DNA of 64,000 bases from Orbicella franksi (lineage: Eukaryota): positions 15,252,001-15,316,000 of the forward strand of contig OZ116706.1 of NCBI GenBank assembly GCA_964199315.1, read 5' to 3'. The position numbers and the translations under genes were made by a program. The notes beneath the pieces were generated by a model. That model saw only the letters and a list, made by a program, of their open reading frames with translations. It was not told the DNA's origin and did not search any database. Positions 34,079-46,609 of this stretch are shown in pieces (the stretch's first letter is position 1; each line of letters starts with the position of its first letter).

Positions 34079-36309
34079 TTCTTCTAGTATCAGATGAAAC
34101 CGGAACTAAGGAATCCTTCTGAGAATTTATCAAGCATACGCATGCTACAGCGAGAGAAAACTTCCTTTGCTCTAATCGTGAAAACATTCACGCTTTGCCA
34201 AAGTTCAAGTGGGTTTTTGCTGATATTCTTTTGTTTCTTCGACGTGTATTCAATCAGGGTGGCGTGTGTTGATTTTGTCGGACTAGAAAAGGAGTACAAA
34301 ACCGGAAATAGGTTTGCCAAAGACTTTTAAAATAGTTGAATTTGTCTTTTCCTGTGAATAAATTTTATTGATTACCTATCATTGCGAACAACAGTGTTTT
34401 TGTGGTGGACGGAACTTTTCCCTTTTATCTAGGTGATCATCTGAAAGACTTTCGGTGACATTTTTAGGCGATTAATAAGTTTACTGACTGGACTGTAAGC
34501 TGTAACGCGATTACCAAAACTTGGATCTTTTAAAAGGAGGTTATTAATTCGAGAAGCTAGGAGTACTAAAAGCTTTTAACACAGGAAATTAAAAGTTAGG
34601 AAAGAGTATCTCAACAAAAATGCCACACCCAAGGAGAACTTAGCACAAAGGTAACACAAGGAAAAAGATTTTGAAGAAACGGAAAAGATGAATAAAGCAA
34701 AGTTAACTCTCGTCAGTGTGGACGCCCAATTTATCGCTGTTGTCATAATAGCCGAACGTCTAAAATCCCAGTTCCGCTTTTGCTAATTAAAATAAATAGC
34801 TCGAAGAAAAACGAAATCTTGATTTTACGACGGTCAACACATCCGCCGCAATGTAAGAACTGATTTTTACTGAGTCTTACTGAGCCATCGGAGAGTGAAG
34901 TGATAAAAGTGAAAATAGAGGCAAGGTCAAGACGACTAAACAAAATCTATATTTACATACCCGCCCGTGTATTTCTTGGCTCTCAGACTTAAAGAAGCAG
35001 AGAGCCTATTAACTAAAGATCTGGGTGAATGATAAGTCATAGCAAAAACAAATCTTTCTTGTTAGAGATCACAACAAGTACTGTTGCTTTTGGCAGTCCT
35101 GGAGTGGACTAACAAGTAACCCTGAACAATGAATTTGGGTTCACATCCAGACATAACAGATATTTCAAGTGTTACTTGCTTGCCTTAACGCTGAGTTTTA
35201 CTTTGATATTCTCCGTTAGGATTCTTGGTGATATGCGCGTTTTACTCCTGTGTTATGATCTGATTCGAACTTCGAAACAAATAACGCAGGTTTATCCTCT
35301 ACGAAACCCAATCAGAATCACTGACGTCATGATATAAGACTTGTTCTTTTCTGTTTCTAAAGATAACGTTCTTTGTTCCTCTCCGGCCCGTTAACTCCTT
35401 ACCGTCGGTAACGAGACGGTTTTCAGATAAGAGATTTCCATGTTTGATTTAGAATTCTTCAGGCTAATTCTGTTGTAGTTTCCGTGGTAAGATGCTTTCG
35501 TGATGACCAATCTAAAAGGTGCAACGACTTGTTTTACACATGTTAACGCAGAGGAAATGTTGTTTTACCGCAAACAGAGGGAAAGTTGTTCTACCGCAAA
35601 GAATGTTGTTCTATTGCTTACAGAAAAAAAACACTGTTCATCTTCCTGTTAAAGTAAGCCGTGACCGGTTGATTGCTTGTGTTTCTCTCAGCTCTTAAAC
35701 CCGTTTATTTTCACTGTCAACACTCAAAAATCCTGAAATAATACGATTCTCCCTGAAGATGATGAGTGTGTCCATTCAAAGAAAAACTACTAAGCAGTAT
35801 TTACAGGAGTATTTTGTTGTTGGTGGTGTTTATGATGAGACCACGAGGCTCTTCTTTTATCGCCGGGAGTCCATGTATTTTACGAAAGAGAAAGGCGGGT
35901 CTGATCGTCTGTCGTCGATAACCTATTTTTACAGTACTTGACAACTTTCCCGACCCGGATTTTGCTAACCTGCGATCACGCGTTCTCTTTTTTAACAGCA
36001 AGTGTAGAGGTAGACGCAGCTTATGCCCTTTAGAAATAACGTTAGCGAGTGATTCGTTCATGGGGCACCATTTCTGTGGCAGTACTTTTCAAAGTAAGAT
36101 GTATTTTTTTCGTTCCTCACTTTTAATCTTGTGCACTTCTTTGCTGTAACCTCCTCCGCACATTCTCTTTGAGTTCGTCACACAATCTTTCTACACCCAA
36201 TCCAAAGAAATTGAAAGAGTCAAAACATTGATGTGGCACGTGTTTGCACAATTCACACTGATATGCAGAGTGGAGTTGACCAGTATTAAAGCACTGCCTG
36301 AAATGAGTT

Positions 36310-36785
36310 ACACTCTTTTTGTACGAATATTGTTTATTTGGCCCAGGCTAAATATTCTTATTTTTTGCCGATTTTAGGCTGAAAGGTCCTTCTGAATATT
36401 CTTAGATTATAGCTTATGACATTTCTGTTTTGGAAGGTATGGGTATCAATTAGAAGTGTTTGGTGTCTAGATGGCCGGAGTTGAAGTAATTTTGGAGCCA
36501 GACTTCAGACAATAAGCCTGATGTGACACACATAACTTCTTCAGAAATGTTGTTAGCATTGAACATACGGCTAATGCTGTTTTTGTTGTTTTTATGGCTA
36601 GTTTTGCCGTTTACAGAGCAAATTTAATTCGTTTAGTCAAAAACAGATAATTGTACTGAATTTTAAAATTTTCAACACACAAAACTGTATACTTTTCAAC
36701 ATCTCAGCCTCGGGTTTAATCTCAAAATTTCGCAAATTTCAGCCTTGATATGCTTATAAAATGTATTCTTAAAAAAAGAGAGTGT
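36310..36785. mobile_element. MITE with ACACTCT TIRs, flanked by 44-bp direct repeats
   Basis: acactcttttt / aaaaaaagagagtgt, plus subterminal inverted aggctgaaa (36376) / tttcagcct (36737). Confidence 0.7.
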
Positions 36786-37116
36786 GCACAGAGTAGGATT
36801 AACCAGTATTAAAGCAGTGCCTGAAATGAATTAATTTGTCGGAGCAACGAAGCGGCTGATGTCCGTGTAACTGTCTTTTTTACAGTCTTTGTCTGCACAC
36901 CTTCCTTGTTTACACAGGAACTAATGACTTATGATAAAATCAGCCCTAAGAAGCTTAAAAACCTGGTATATCAGTTGCACGAAATTGACAACAGAAATAG
37001 TAGAAGAAACCTGCCAAGACAAACAGCGCGTTAACAGCATGGTATTAATAGAAACGCGTACTGTGGAGGGGTCTTTAAACTTCCTCCTTCTTAACTCCCG
37101 CATAGTACAAAAACAC

Positions 37117-37174
37117 CTTTTAATATGTGTTTCACAACGTTCAAATACCACGAGTTTTTCTTCGTTGGTGTCAT
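37117..37174 (-). CDS. STARD13: Candidate first exon D (MTPTKKNSWYLNVVKHILK-E)
   Basis: Phase 1, weak donor AAG|gtgttt; ETS motif CCGGAAGT about 50 nt upstream. Confidence 0.3.
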
Positions 37175-40100
37175 CAAGAACTGTGTGCACGTCTTGACCA
37201 GGAAGCACGTATGTTGCAACCACTTCCGGGTAAAAAATTGCACCATCAGCGATTTAGCGGCTGTGAAACGAGACGAAACTTGTGCCTGTACTTGGACGTG
37301 TTTTCTAACACCTGCTTTACGGTAGAAAATATTTATGTGCGCAGAAGAAGCTCCAATTCAAAACTGTATTTTTAACTATGGAACTTTTTCAAACACGTAT
37401 ACGGATCACTTTTACCATTCCAGAATACAACGAAAACGGATTTTCGGGCTTGCATTCGGGCAAGCTCTATTAACTAAGATGTACAAACATCGCAAGCCAA
37501 AACAGTTTCACAAGAAACGTAACTTGTTTCTTGGGCAAGTGAAGGACATAGTCCACGAGCCAAACTGCAAAATCCAACAGCTCCAGGCAATCGGTTTTTA
37601 GGTCTGTGCGGAATGAGGTCCCGATGAGCAACCCTTTATTACGTCCTCGTGTACTGTTTAGTTTTTTCTGTATCTTTTGTTGTTAAATTTTTTAACAGAG
37701 GCTCCACTTGGAGCTGGGTGTGGTATTAAAAATGTTATCATTCGCTATGACAATTTCGCTGAAGTTGTTTCTCGTTAGACTCTAGGTCATGGTTGTAAAT
37801 GCCCAATTGGTCTGCCTCCCGCCAGTTGGAATTTTCTGAGCCTAGTAGTATCTTTAGTTGATATATTTCTTTCTTTCAGTTTAAGTGGCATGCCTGTGAA
37901 CTAGCTAGGTGTAGCTAAGCGCATTGATCACTATAAACAACAACGTTTGAACACGTTTTTTAATTTGAACATGAAACCCTACTTGTAACTCTCTTCGACT
38001 TCTAGTTATGTTTCTTCTCCTCTTGTAATGACTGAATAACATGTTCTCCACCCTGAGTCTGCTAAAGAGTGCTCTTATGAGTTTTTAGTTATTTTTATAT
38101 TTTGTTCTTGACTGCCCTACCATCTTTTCAGCCAAAGCATCGAGAGCATTACAGCCCGATACCTAAATCCTGTAGACTATCAAAATGCAGTAGACTGGAC
38201 TTCAGTTGAGGCCAAAGATTACCGGTCAAACTTCCCGCGTTAATGAGTAAAACATAATGGAACCGAGATAAACTCAGCGTGAGACTTTGACACAGTTACA
38301 GCAAAGCAGACAACGCCAATGTGAATTAAAGGAAGTTGGCTAAAGTGGAATTCGTTTTAGAGGTGTGAAGAAGTCCAATTAAGCGAACAAGATTTATCAG
38401 AAAACAACTTACCTCAAGCTGAGGGAAGTGAAGGTTAATTAAAGGGACCATGTGAAGCTATTTTAGGCGACTTAGTCATGTTTCGCGTAAGCACTAAAAC
38501 GAAAACAAGGAAAGCTGGATTTGAACAGATTGCAAAATTGTGACGTGGTTTGTGGCCGTCTGGCCAACAGAAAGTCTCAAAAAGTCACGTTCACTCAGCT
38601 TGCCGGAAAAGAAAACAGGAACTTCCTTTGTTTGCTATGTAGCTGAGAGTTCTCAAATGATCAAATGGGAAGATCGTCATAAGAAATAAAGTAGTCAAGA
38701 AATGGAAATGAATGCTATGACCTTGCTCCCTTAAAATTGCGGACAGGAGACGTTCATTTAATCCATTTCAAATAACACTAATCTCAGTAAATCTCCTAGC
38801 TGTTGAAAACTTTGACACAAATGAATTCAATATGCCATACTACCGTGTCACGCTCACGGCAAAATTCCTGCGAAGAAAAATAATAATCGCTGCTTGTAGC
38901 ATGGGTTCAAAACTCTGGAGTAACGTTTTTCGGAGGAGACACAATTTTGCATCGTGATAAGAATCGTTATTAGTCAAAGGTTTGTAGAATCAGGATTTAT
39001 TTGAGTCAGTTAATCTTGCATCAGCAGCTTTCTCGCAATTTAAGCGAACAAGGGGCTAGACCGACATATGAAATGTTGAAGCAATTTTGAAATTTACTCG
39101 TCGAACTAACATTTTCATCTCAGAACATGTTTTACGAACGTGAAAACCACGTTAGTCAGTTATAAAATGTACTAGACAGCTAAAAAGTAGAATTCCGTGT
39201 TCGCAATCCATTTCAATGAAGTTATAGCAGCCTTCGGTCTTAACTATACGTTGTTCATTAACTTGCTATTAATATTTCCCTGGTATTTTTAAACCTTATA
39301 TAACTGTAATGATTTTTTTTTTTTTGCTTTGATATGGTGCTCATCAAATTAACAATTGCTAAACTTATCTTCGAGAAGAACATTTTAGCTTCTCTTAACG
39401 GCTTTTGCATTGAAACTCTTTCTTTATAGACTTTGTAAAATTCGTTTTTTTCTGTCGTGCAAAGCAGTTTACATCTGAGCAGAACTATAAACAGATCTAA
39501 TTGCATCTGTCATCTTTCAACGCTGACCTCTTTCGTTATCTATTTTTACTTATCTCCACTAGCGCTAAAACTAATGTACTTCTTTTCTCCCCAGAGAAAA
39601 GAAATGTAAAGACAACTCAAAGAGAGTAGCCCTCTTGGAAAAAAATCACCGTAAACGAAGGTTTTATTTTACTGCATGATTTCGTCGCAGTCGAGAGCGG
39701 GGCTTAAAAAAAAACCCGAGGATGCATGGTGTTAATTAGCAGTTGATTTTAATTACACCTAGTTGAGTGCTTGGCTGAACGGTCTGCTCCGAGCTTAATA
39801 TATGCCTTGAAGTGATTCTTAAGGCTGGTATGTTAGCAATGAAGTCCATATACGAACGAGATAGGGAAAATAACTAAAATATGGAATAGATTATGTGTAA
39901 CTCCAAGATAAACACTTTGTTTGTGCTTTTTGCTGTCAAGTACTGAGGGGTTTGTTTTATGCCCATGCAGCGAAGCACGCCGGTGGATCACGCCTCCCGT
40001 GTAGAAATATTTGATTTCATTTCGTGGCTCTTCTAACAACAGGAAGAATAGACTCAGTTAATACTCGGCTGACGACTTCTCCGAAGGGAAAGACTGTGAT

Positions 40101-40517
40101 CCTATGTAACGTAAGAAAATGAACGAAAACAAAAATGCAACTTAAGAAGAGCTTAATGGTAAAAAAGCATGTTAAGAAAAGGAAATATGTTAAGAAAATT
40201 CCATGTCTATGTTATGACAAGCGATTATCCTTCTATCTGCTTTAATTACAAATTTCTCGAAACGACTAAAAAAAAGAGCCATTCAGGCGTACAAAGACTA
40301 ATATCAAATCGTTATAGCATGGGTGCGTGATAAAAACCATATTGCTTGCGAAGGCTTTACTAAAACTTATAAACTACATTGGATAAAGTCGCACATTGAT
40401 TTGCGCTGCGTGTAAGAAAATAATGCACCAAAGTCCAAATACAGTGTACCTTGTGTAAATAGAGCACTGTCTACTTCTGCCTTCTAAAAATGTTAGTAAC
40501 TCTTAGTTGTCTCATAC

Positions 40518-40581
40518 CTGCATTTCCATAAAAGCATCCCAGTATAAGTGGCTTTAGAAACTGGCAGTTGCGTCTCGTCAT
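40518..40581 (-). CDS. STARD13: Candidate first exon E (MTRRNCQFLKPLILGCFYGNA-E)
   Basis: Strong donor CAG|gtatga in phase 1; A at -3; two CCAAT boxes upstream (40758-40762, 40784-40788). Confidence 0.45.
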
Positions 40582-42546
40582 TTTCCACACTAAAATCTCG
40601 CTTCGGAGTTTGAATCAACTGGGTTTTACACTAGTACTATCTCTGAGGAAATTTACGACAAAATGGCCGAGGTCTGTTGACAATGATGTTTCACCTAAAG
40701 GTCTAAGGTGGTATTTTATCTGTCAATAAGTGGGGATTCCAAATGTTTGAGCACGCGATTGGGAACATAATAGGAGCGATGTGATTGGCTAGCGAGTGAG
40801 CCAACAGAGCCACAGATAAGATAAGGCGCGACTGCCTCAGTACTAATCCGTAGTGACGGTAAACAGCTAAAGTATTATCGAGCCAGAGTCGGGTATTTAT
40901 CGCGAAATGGAAGGAAGGACCGTTTATCTACAGCGGAGTAACCTTTTTATCGGTCAAGTCACTGTTTCCTTTGATAAAACAATAAGACAGGTTTAAACAA
41001 GGAATTTCTATGACGTTTCGAGGACGAGTACATATTGCATAATATAGTAACCTAAATATTTTCTTTTTTAAAAATCCCAGTTGAATTTGTCCACTGATTT
41101 GACGAACCTTTGGTCTGCAAAGGTCTAAACAGTTACTTTAAAACTGTTCATATGGGTAATTATCACCAACACAGGTGGTTTCCACGGTTCACATCGTAAA
41201 GTAAACACCAAGCTAGAGAAGATTGTTTTTAAGTGAAAACATACGGAGCATATTTTGGGTACATTTGGCGATGCACCAAATTAGTATTGTTTACATAAGA
41301 ATAAGAAGCACAAAGAAACGAGCCTTGAACCTTACCCTTGCAAACTTAGCCTAACCTTTCAAACAAGTATGCGAAAGAAAGTCAACTCAGAATTTGTTAC
41401 ACTTGAGGGTAAAATGTGCCTGATAGCCTCGTAAAATAGAATTGTGACTTGAGTCGTATCAGCGTTATTGTTCTCCTTCGATTCTTCGGTTTGGCTGCTG
41501 TAATAAGTCACATTTTTTCATGGTGGTCTAGTTATTCCGGCTGACAAAGCTTAGTTAAAACTGGCAAAACCCTGAATGGTACTAACATTCGCACACATCA
41601 GGTTTGTGATATTTGTAAAGGTTTTCTCTGGGTGCCTTTAAGCCAAGAGAGTATCATTCTTCGCAAAGTTGCCAATAAAGCCAAAAGTGAATACTTTAAG
41701 ACTATTAGGATTTGCAGCAATCTCAAAAGCGTCATTTTCGCCATGTTCAAGTGATGGTATCAATGCCGTACACCGCGAAGTCTGGGTTATATTATAGAAT
41801 TGAGATAGGGCATGCCTTAGAGCTCAGACCGACAGAGTGAGTCACTCAGTTCAAAATTTGAATTTAATTATACAGAACGTTACGATGAAACACGAAACCT
41901 TTAAGTGGATTTCATCTTTATGTATGAATGGTTTACAATTTACACAACTTCGGCCCTGCACATTCGGAACTTGGGTTTCACGATACACAAAGGAACAAGC
42001 CACAGGAATGTAATATTGGTGTATTCATTTTCCGTCTAATCATGTCCACATTCCTGGCCCGAAAATGGGGTGACGAAACAAACAAACAAAAACTAAATGT
42101 GGCAAGAGGTGAAATCTATTTTCCAATAGAGAGCTGAAAGTTTTATCGCTATGAGGGTCACGTACGCGGGTCTTCAATTAGATTACGCACCAGGCACACC
42201 GTGTTCGGGTCAATTCGCTGCATTGAAATGTTCACCTCTAAAAATGCCATTAAGACCAAATGACAACACGCCGTTCAGTTATTTAACCGCACGAAATCAA
42301 TTATGGGTTAAAATAGAACTTTAATGGCCTTTTTGATTTTGCAGTTGCTTCCGTCCACCTTAATTGTCGCAATTTTACCGTACATCGAACAGTCTCGCAC
42401 AAGTTCTTTTCGAATTTTCCTTGGCGAAAACGGTAGCCTATTAGTTCCTGAGCTGTTGCATCGATGAACTCCAGTCTACCATCAAAACTATTTTAACAAT
42501 GACTATAACTCAGATATATATCTTAATTTTCATTCTTGCAGTAGTT

Positions 42547-42946
42547 CCCGGCGGGGGTACTCCCTTATATGGGCTATATAGGTATGTGAGGCCCTAAAGG
42601 ATAGGGTTTTTCAGCCGTTTTAGTCATAAATAGGGTATCGATTTTGGCCATTTTGGTTATAAATAGGGTATGGCTTTAGCACTCTAGTCTTTAATTGGGT
42701 ATATTTCTTAGAAGAAGCTACTTTTTCATCGTTATCAATAAGAACGTCAACAAAAGTCCTTCATAACTTCAGTTTAAGGCAACTGCGCCAGCCGCAACGG
42801 TCATAAATAGGGTATCGAATGTTTGGCCAGGTCATAAATAGGGTAGGAAAAATCGCAGATTTTGGTCATAAATAGAGTAAGGGTTTTGGGAAGTGGGCCG
42901 CACACCCCCACCCAACTTTTCTGGGAGTACCCCCCCTCCCTCCGGG
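42547..42946. mobile_element. MITE with (CCCG)GGGGGTACTCCC TIRs and 5 internal TCATAAATAGGGTA-type repeats
   Basis: TIRs and subterminal repeats read directly. Confidence 0.8.
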
Positions 42947-43855
42947 CACTAGTTTTAAAAAGTTTTAGGCGAACTTAGATTTCAAGGTGTGATTTAATTA
43001 ATGGTAGATATCATTCTAAGTGCATCAAGCTCTAAACTATGATTCAGAAGGTTCGCACAATATTCATTTGTAGACGTTGTTCGTGTGGATGTTTACTATA
43101 TCATAAATCTAAAATTAATAGCCTGAGAACGTTGCTAAGATCAGGAAGTCATGTAGGGTTCTCATTAGGTAACTTTGGAGAATATCATTAATTAACCGCA
43201 CAATTTTACATTGAAGGATAGCGTTATATTCTCGCATTCTAAATAATGTCAAATTACTTTCCTTCGAGTTGTGCTTCAGTACTGGATCTTACGATTTAGA
43301 CTAGGGGAATGAATGATCAGTCTGGAAATTGAGTTACAAAGGAGAAAAATGTCTGGAATTTTTGCAATATTTTGTTATAACTGCCGTATCACGCAAGGTG
43401 TAAATCTGTAAATTCGATAAAATAAGCGTAACCTAACAGTTAACGGGTAGATTGAATTCAAAAAGAGGAATTTTCTGAGGTGTTGCCATCTTTACCTTTT
43501 TCAGATCACACTTACAGACTCACAAAAATGCACCGTTTCAATTTCGAGCCGGTACTCGTACAGAAATCGATATCAAAACATGATTGAAGTACCCGGGAGC
43601 AGAACAGGAAATGGCATTAACGTAGGATCGTAAATCAAGAACGTGGATCACGTAGACACAACAACTTGAACTCTTTAAAAGTTTTAGGACAAGGTTTAAA
43701 ACATTTGCGTGCAAGAGCGAGCTATGACGAGATCCGCAGCGGCACTAAGGGGACGCCGGTCAGATAACACCCGTTGATGTCGATGACATGATACACGTTG
43801 ACGTATGTTGAGTTACGTAGAGGCAACAACGTGCGAAAAAAACATGCGGGCTTAC

Positions 43856-43907
43856 CTGCGCGCCGAGTAGAGTCTTCCTCTGTTTCGATTCCTTGCGTCT
43901 GAATCGC
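43856..43907 (-). CDS. STARD13: Candidate upstream internal exon (AIQTQGIETEEDSTRRA-E)
   Basis: Strong acceptor ctttcatttcag| and donor CAG|gtaagc; phase 0 in, phase 1 out fits the SAM exon. Confidence 0.6.
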
Positions 43908-44469
43908 CTGAAATGAAAGCATTTCACGTTAAGCAATATAAAAGGTCAATAAGAGTCGAAGCAGGCGTTGCCGCATGAACAGGCAAATGGCATTCCTATG
44001 CACTTAAAAATACGATTGTGATCAAAATTGGCGCCAAATTTCTCGTATTTGTTATTACATGTATACTTAAGGTTAAGTTTTACAGGTTTCTTGAGACAGC
44101 TACTTCTCCTTTTTGTTGCATTCCCTGCGAACTGTCTACAATGTGTGTATATTCATATGAAAAACTGCTCTTAATATTGAAAGTTAACATTTCAGCCAAT
44201 TAGTTGAAAACCAGAGATGTTACCGTTCACTGACTTCACTTGCTGGTCATTTTAAGCTTATCAACGAAACTTTTCTCAGTCTTAACTTTGAGAAGAAACA
44301 CGCCGATATTTTCAGATACCTGGGATTTGTCTCGTGCAAGGTCTGTACTCTACAAGGAAGGCCCTGGGTTCCTTACACTCCATCATTGAGCCGCATTATC
44401 AATGATAATTTTTTCCTTCTTTGGTAGCGTGATATTATTATAGTGAAACTATTTATTGTTAAACAACAG

Positions 44470-44711
44470 TTCAAAGAGCTTCGTCACGGTTTGCACATCT
44501 TGAAAAGTTTAGACAAAAATATTTCAGGTTCGTCGTTTGTAATCCGTGTTGATCCTCTCCATCTTTAACCATCCTTGTTCCTTTGTGGTTTAATGTTAGT
44601 TCTTTGGTGTTTTTCTATAACAGTAAACTGTTATTTTCAGGTTTCCTTCAATTAAAGGTAATTTTTTTGCGTGGCCAAAATAACTCCAAATACAGTGACT
44701 GAACTCCTTTA
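44470..44711. mobile_element. MITE family 'ttaaaggagct', copy 2
   Basis: Colinear with 19748-19982 (tcgtcgtttg.aatccgtgtt..agtaaact..tattttcagg). Confidence 0.8.
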
Positions 44712-45303
44712 TTAACCGCAACAGAACTGAAACTTTTTGTCAAAGAAATAGGACGTTTAAAGTTCTTCGTTACTATTAGGATGTTTTTTTTTCTTTTCAC
44801 TTGAACAAGCCAAAACGAGCTTTACAAACTCACTCGCCATTCCTTGTCTTATTTATTTAATTTTTTTTTGTATTTTTTTTTTTACTCTTTGTCTTGTTTG
44901 CTCGTGCACGAAAACCGACATTCGAGACGAAAACTGCAAGGACCTTCATCAACTTCAAGTTAAATCAGTAATAATAATAAAACATGTAATGTTTGTCGAC
45001 GAGTCAGCTGCTAATGACTAAGCAGAAATGATGCAACAATGTAATTACATGTTCCTTCTAAGACGTTATAACCTGGTTAAACTCAGTAGTTTGGTATTTC
45101 GATTATACAGAAATAGTTTGTAGAGGTTTACAATTGTTACCTTTGATGATATGTGATTGGATCTTGTAGCACCACTCAGCTTTATGCTTTTTAAACAAAT
45201 TTGTATTTTATCAAACAAATTATGCATCACTGTTTATGTATTTACGCAAGGAATGTGACCCCCATACACAACATACAATTAAGTAAGTGGAACTAATACA
45301 GAA

Positions 45304-45682
45304 GGGGGGTACTCCCGTAATTTTCGGATAGCTGTGCTGCGAAGGGTCTTAATACCCTGACCTTATTTCAGTAAGGATGAAGCAGACGCAAATTGATACC
45401 TTATTAAGGCACAAACCCGAAAAATGACACCCTGTTCAAGGGAGAATGGCGTGAACGGGTCCGCTTTATTTCGTTTCTGTAACATTGAAAGTTAACTCAT
45501 CAAACATAGAATTTGTTTTTCGTTTGGCTGAGAATTTTTGCACTGGAATTTTAGCTGATTCAATCGAAGGATCACATCGGGAACCCAATGCCAACAGGAC
45601 CAACGGGGGCAAAAATGATACCCCATTTAAGGACGGGGAACTTCAAAAACCATACCCTATCACTATATGGGAGTACCCCCCC
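45304..45682. mobile_element. MITE with perfect 13-bp TIRs GGGGGGTACTCCC
   Basis: 45304-45316 is the exact reverse complement of 45669-45681. Confidence 0.75.
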
Positions 45683-46151
45683 GGCCATGTTACGGGACCA
45701 TGCATCAGTGAAACCTAGTACAGTGGAACCACAACATCACAATACACACAACCACAAAGTTTACACGCCACATCAGAATTTGCGCTTCATCAAAATTACA
45801 CAGCGCAATACAAATTTCCACAAAACGAAAAGCACGGTATTCCTCAGGAGAACTGATGCTTCTAATAACGTAAGGTTTTGGAAAACATTTTGGAACAAAA
45901 ATGAGCGATACTTAAAATCTAACGACATTTCGACGACTCTATGTCATCATATCAAGTTCAAAGTAGATAATAGAATTGATTTTATGATGTACTTTGAATT
46001 TGATAATGATGACATGGAGTCATCAAAACGTCGGTCGATTCTAAGTATCGCTTCTTTTCGTTCTAAAACGAACTGATGTTTGTAGTTTAAAGAGAGCATT
46101 CGTGTGTACTTGGGTACGCTGATAACAGCTTGTTTTTCTAATTTACTGCAC

Positions 46152-46298
46152 CTCGTTGTCGTTTTCGTCCGCACTTCCCGGATACGTAAAGGCACCCTGT
46201 GATGACGAACTGTTCCCCTCACTGTTCTCTTCGGTCGGGGAGTACGTATCGGGGCTTGGAGAAGAGAGAATGTCCTCAAGAGATGAAGCCTCCATGCG
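46152..46298 (-). CDS. STARD13: Candidate upstream exon (R-MEASSLEDILSSPSPDTYSPTEENSEGNSSSSQGAFTYPGSADENDNE)
   Basis: Strong acceptor ttcttctttaatcag|, internal ATGG at 46295, acidic/Ser composition, phase 0 donor GAG|gtgcag fits exon 43907. Confidence 0.55.
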
Positions 46299-46357
46299 CT
46301 GATTAAAGAAGAACAATGTGAAATACAGTTAAGGTGTGCATACAACAAAATAAGTCC

Positions 46358-46609
46358 CATTCTCGTCCCCAGTGACCGCGCTCCTTTTGGTCAGCACTGA
46401 GAATCGCGACCTCTGGGCTGGTCCAACACCGGAAGTCGGCGATTCACGGACTTCCCGTCACTCTACGCATATTCAGAGTCAAGTCTGACAATCTGATTGG
46501 CTGAGAATACGAAACGATTACTCTGCTCGTGCTCGGAAAATTGGACCTTCCTAGAGGTCGCGAGTCTTTGTGCTGGCCAAAAGGAGCGCGGTCTCTGGGG
46601 ACGAGAATG
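46358..46609. mobile_element. MITE with 60-bp TIRs (CATTCTCGTCCCCAG...)
   Basis: Arms match at 54/60 positions; 252 bp, non-coding. Confidence 0.9.

Noticed and set aside
41680-41695. 16-nt identity (aaagtattcacttttg) with the KYSLL exon at about 27.76 kb
   Set aside because: Single short match with no flanking similarity; probably chance
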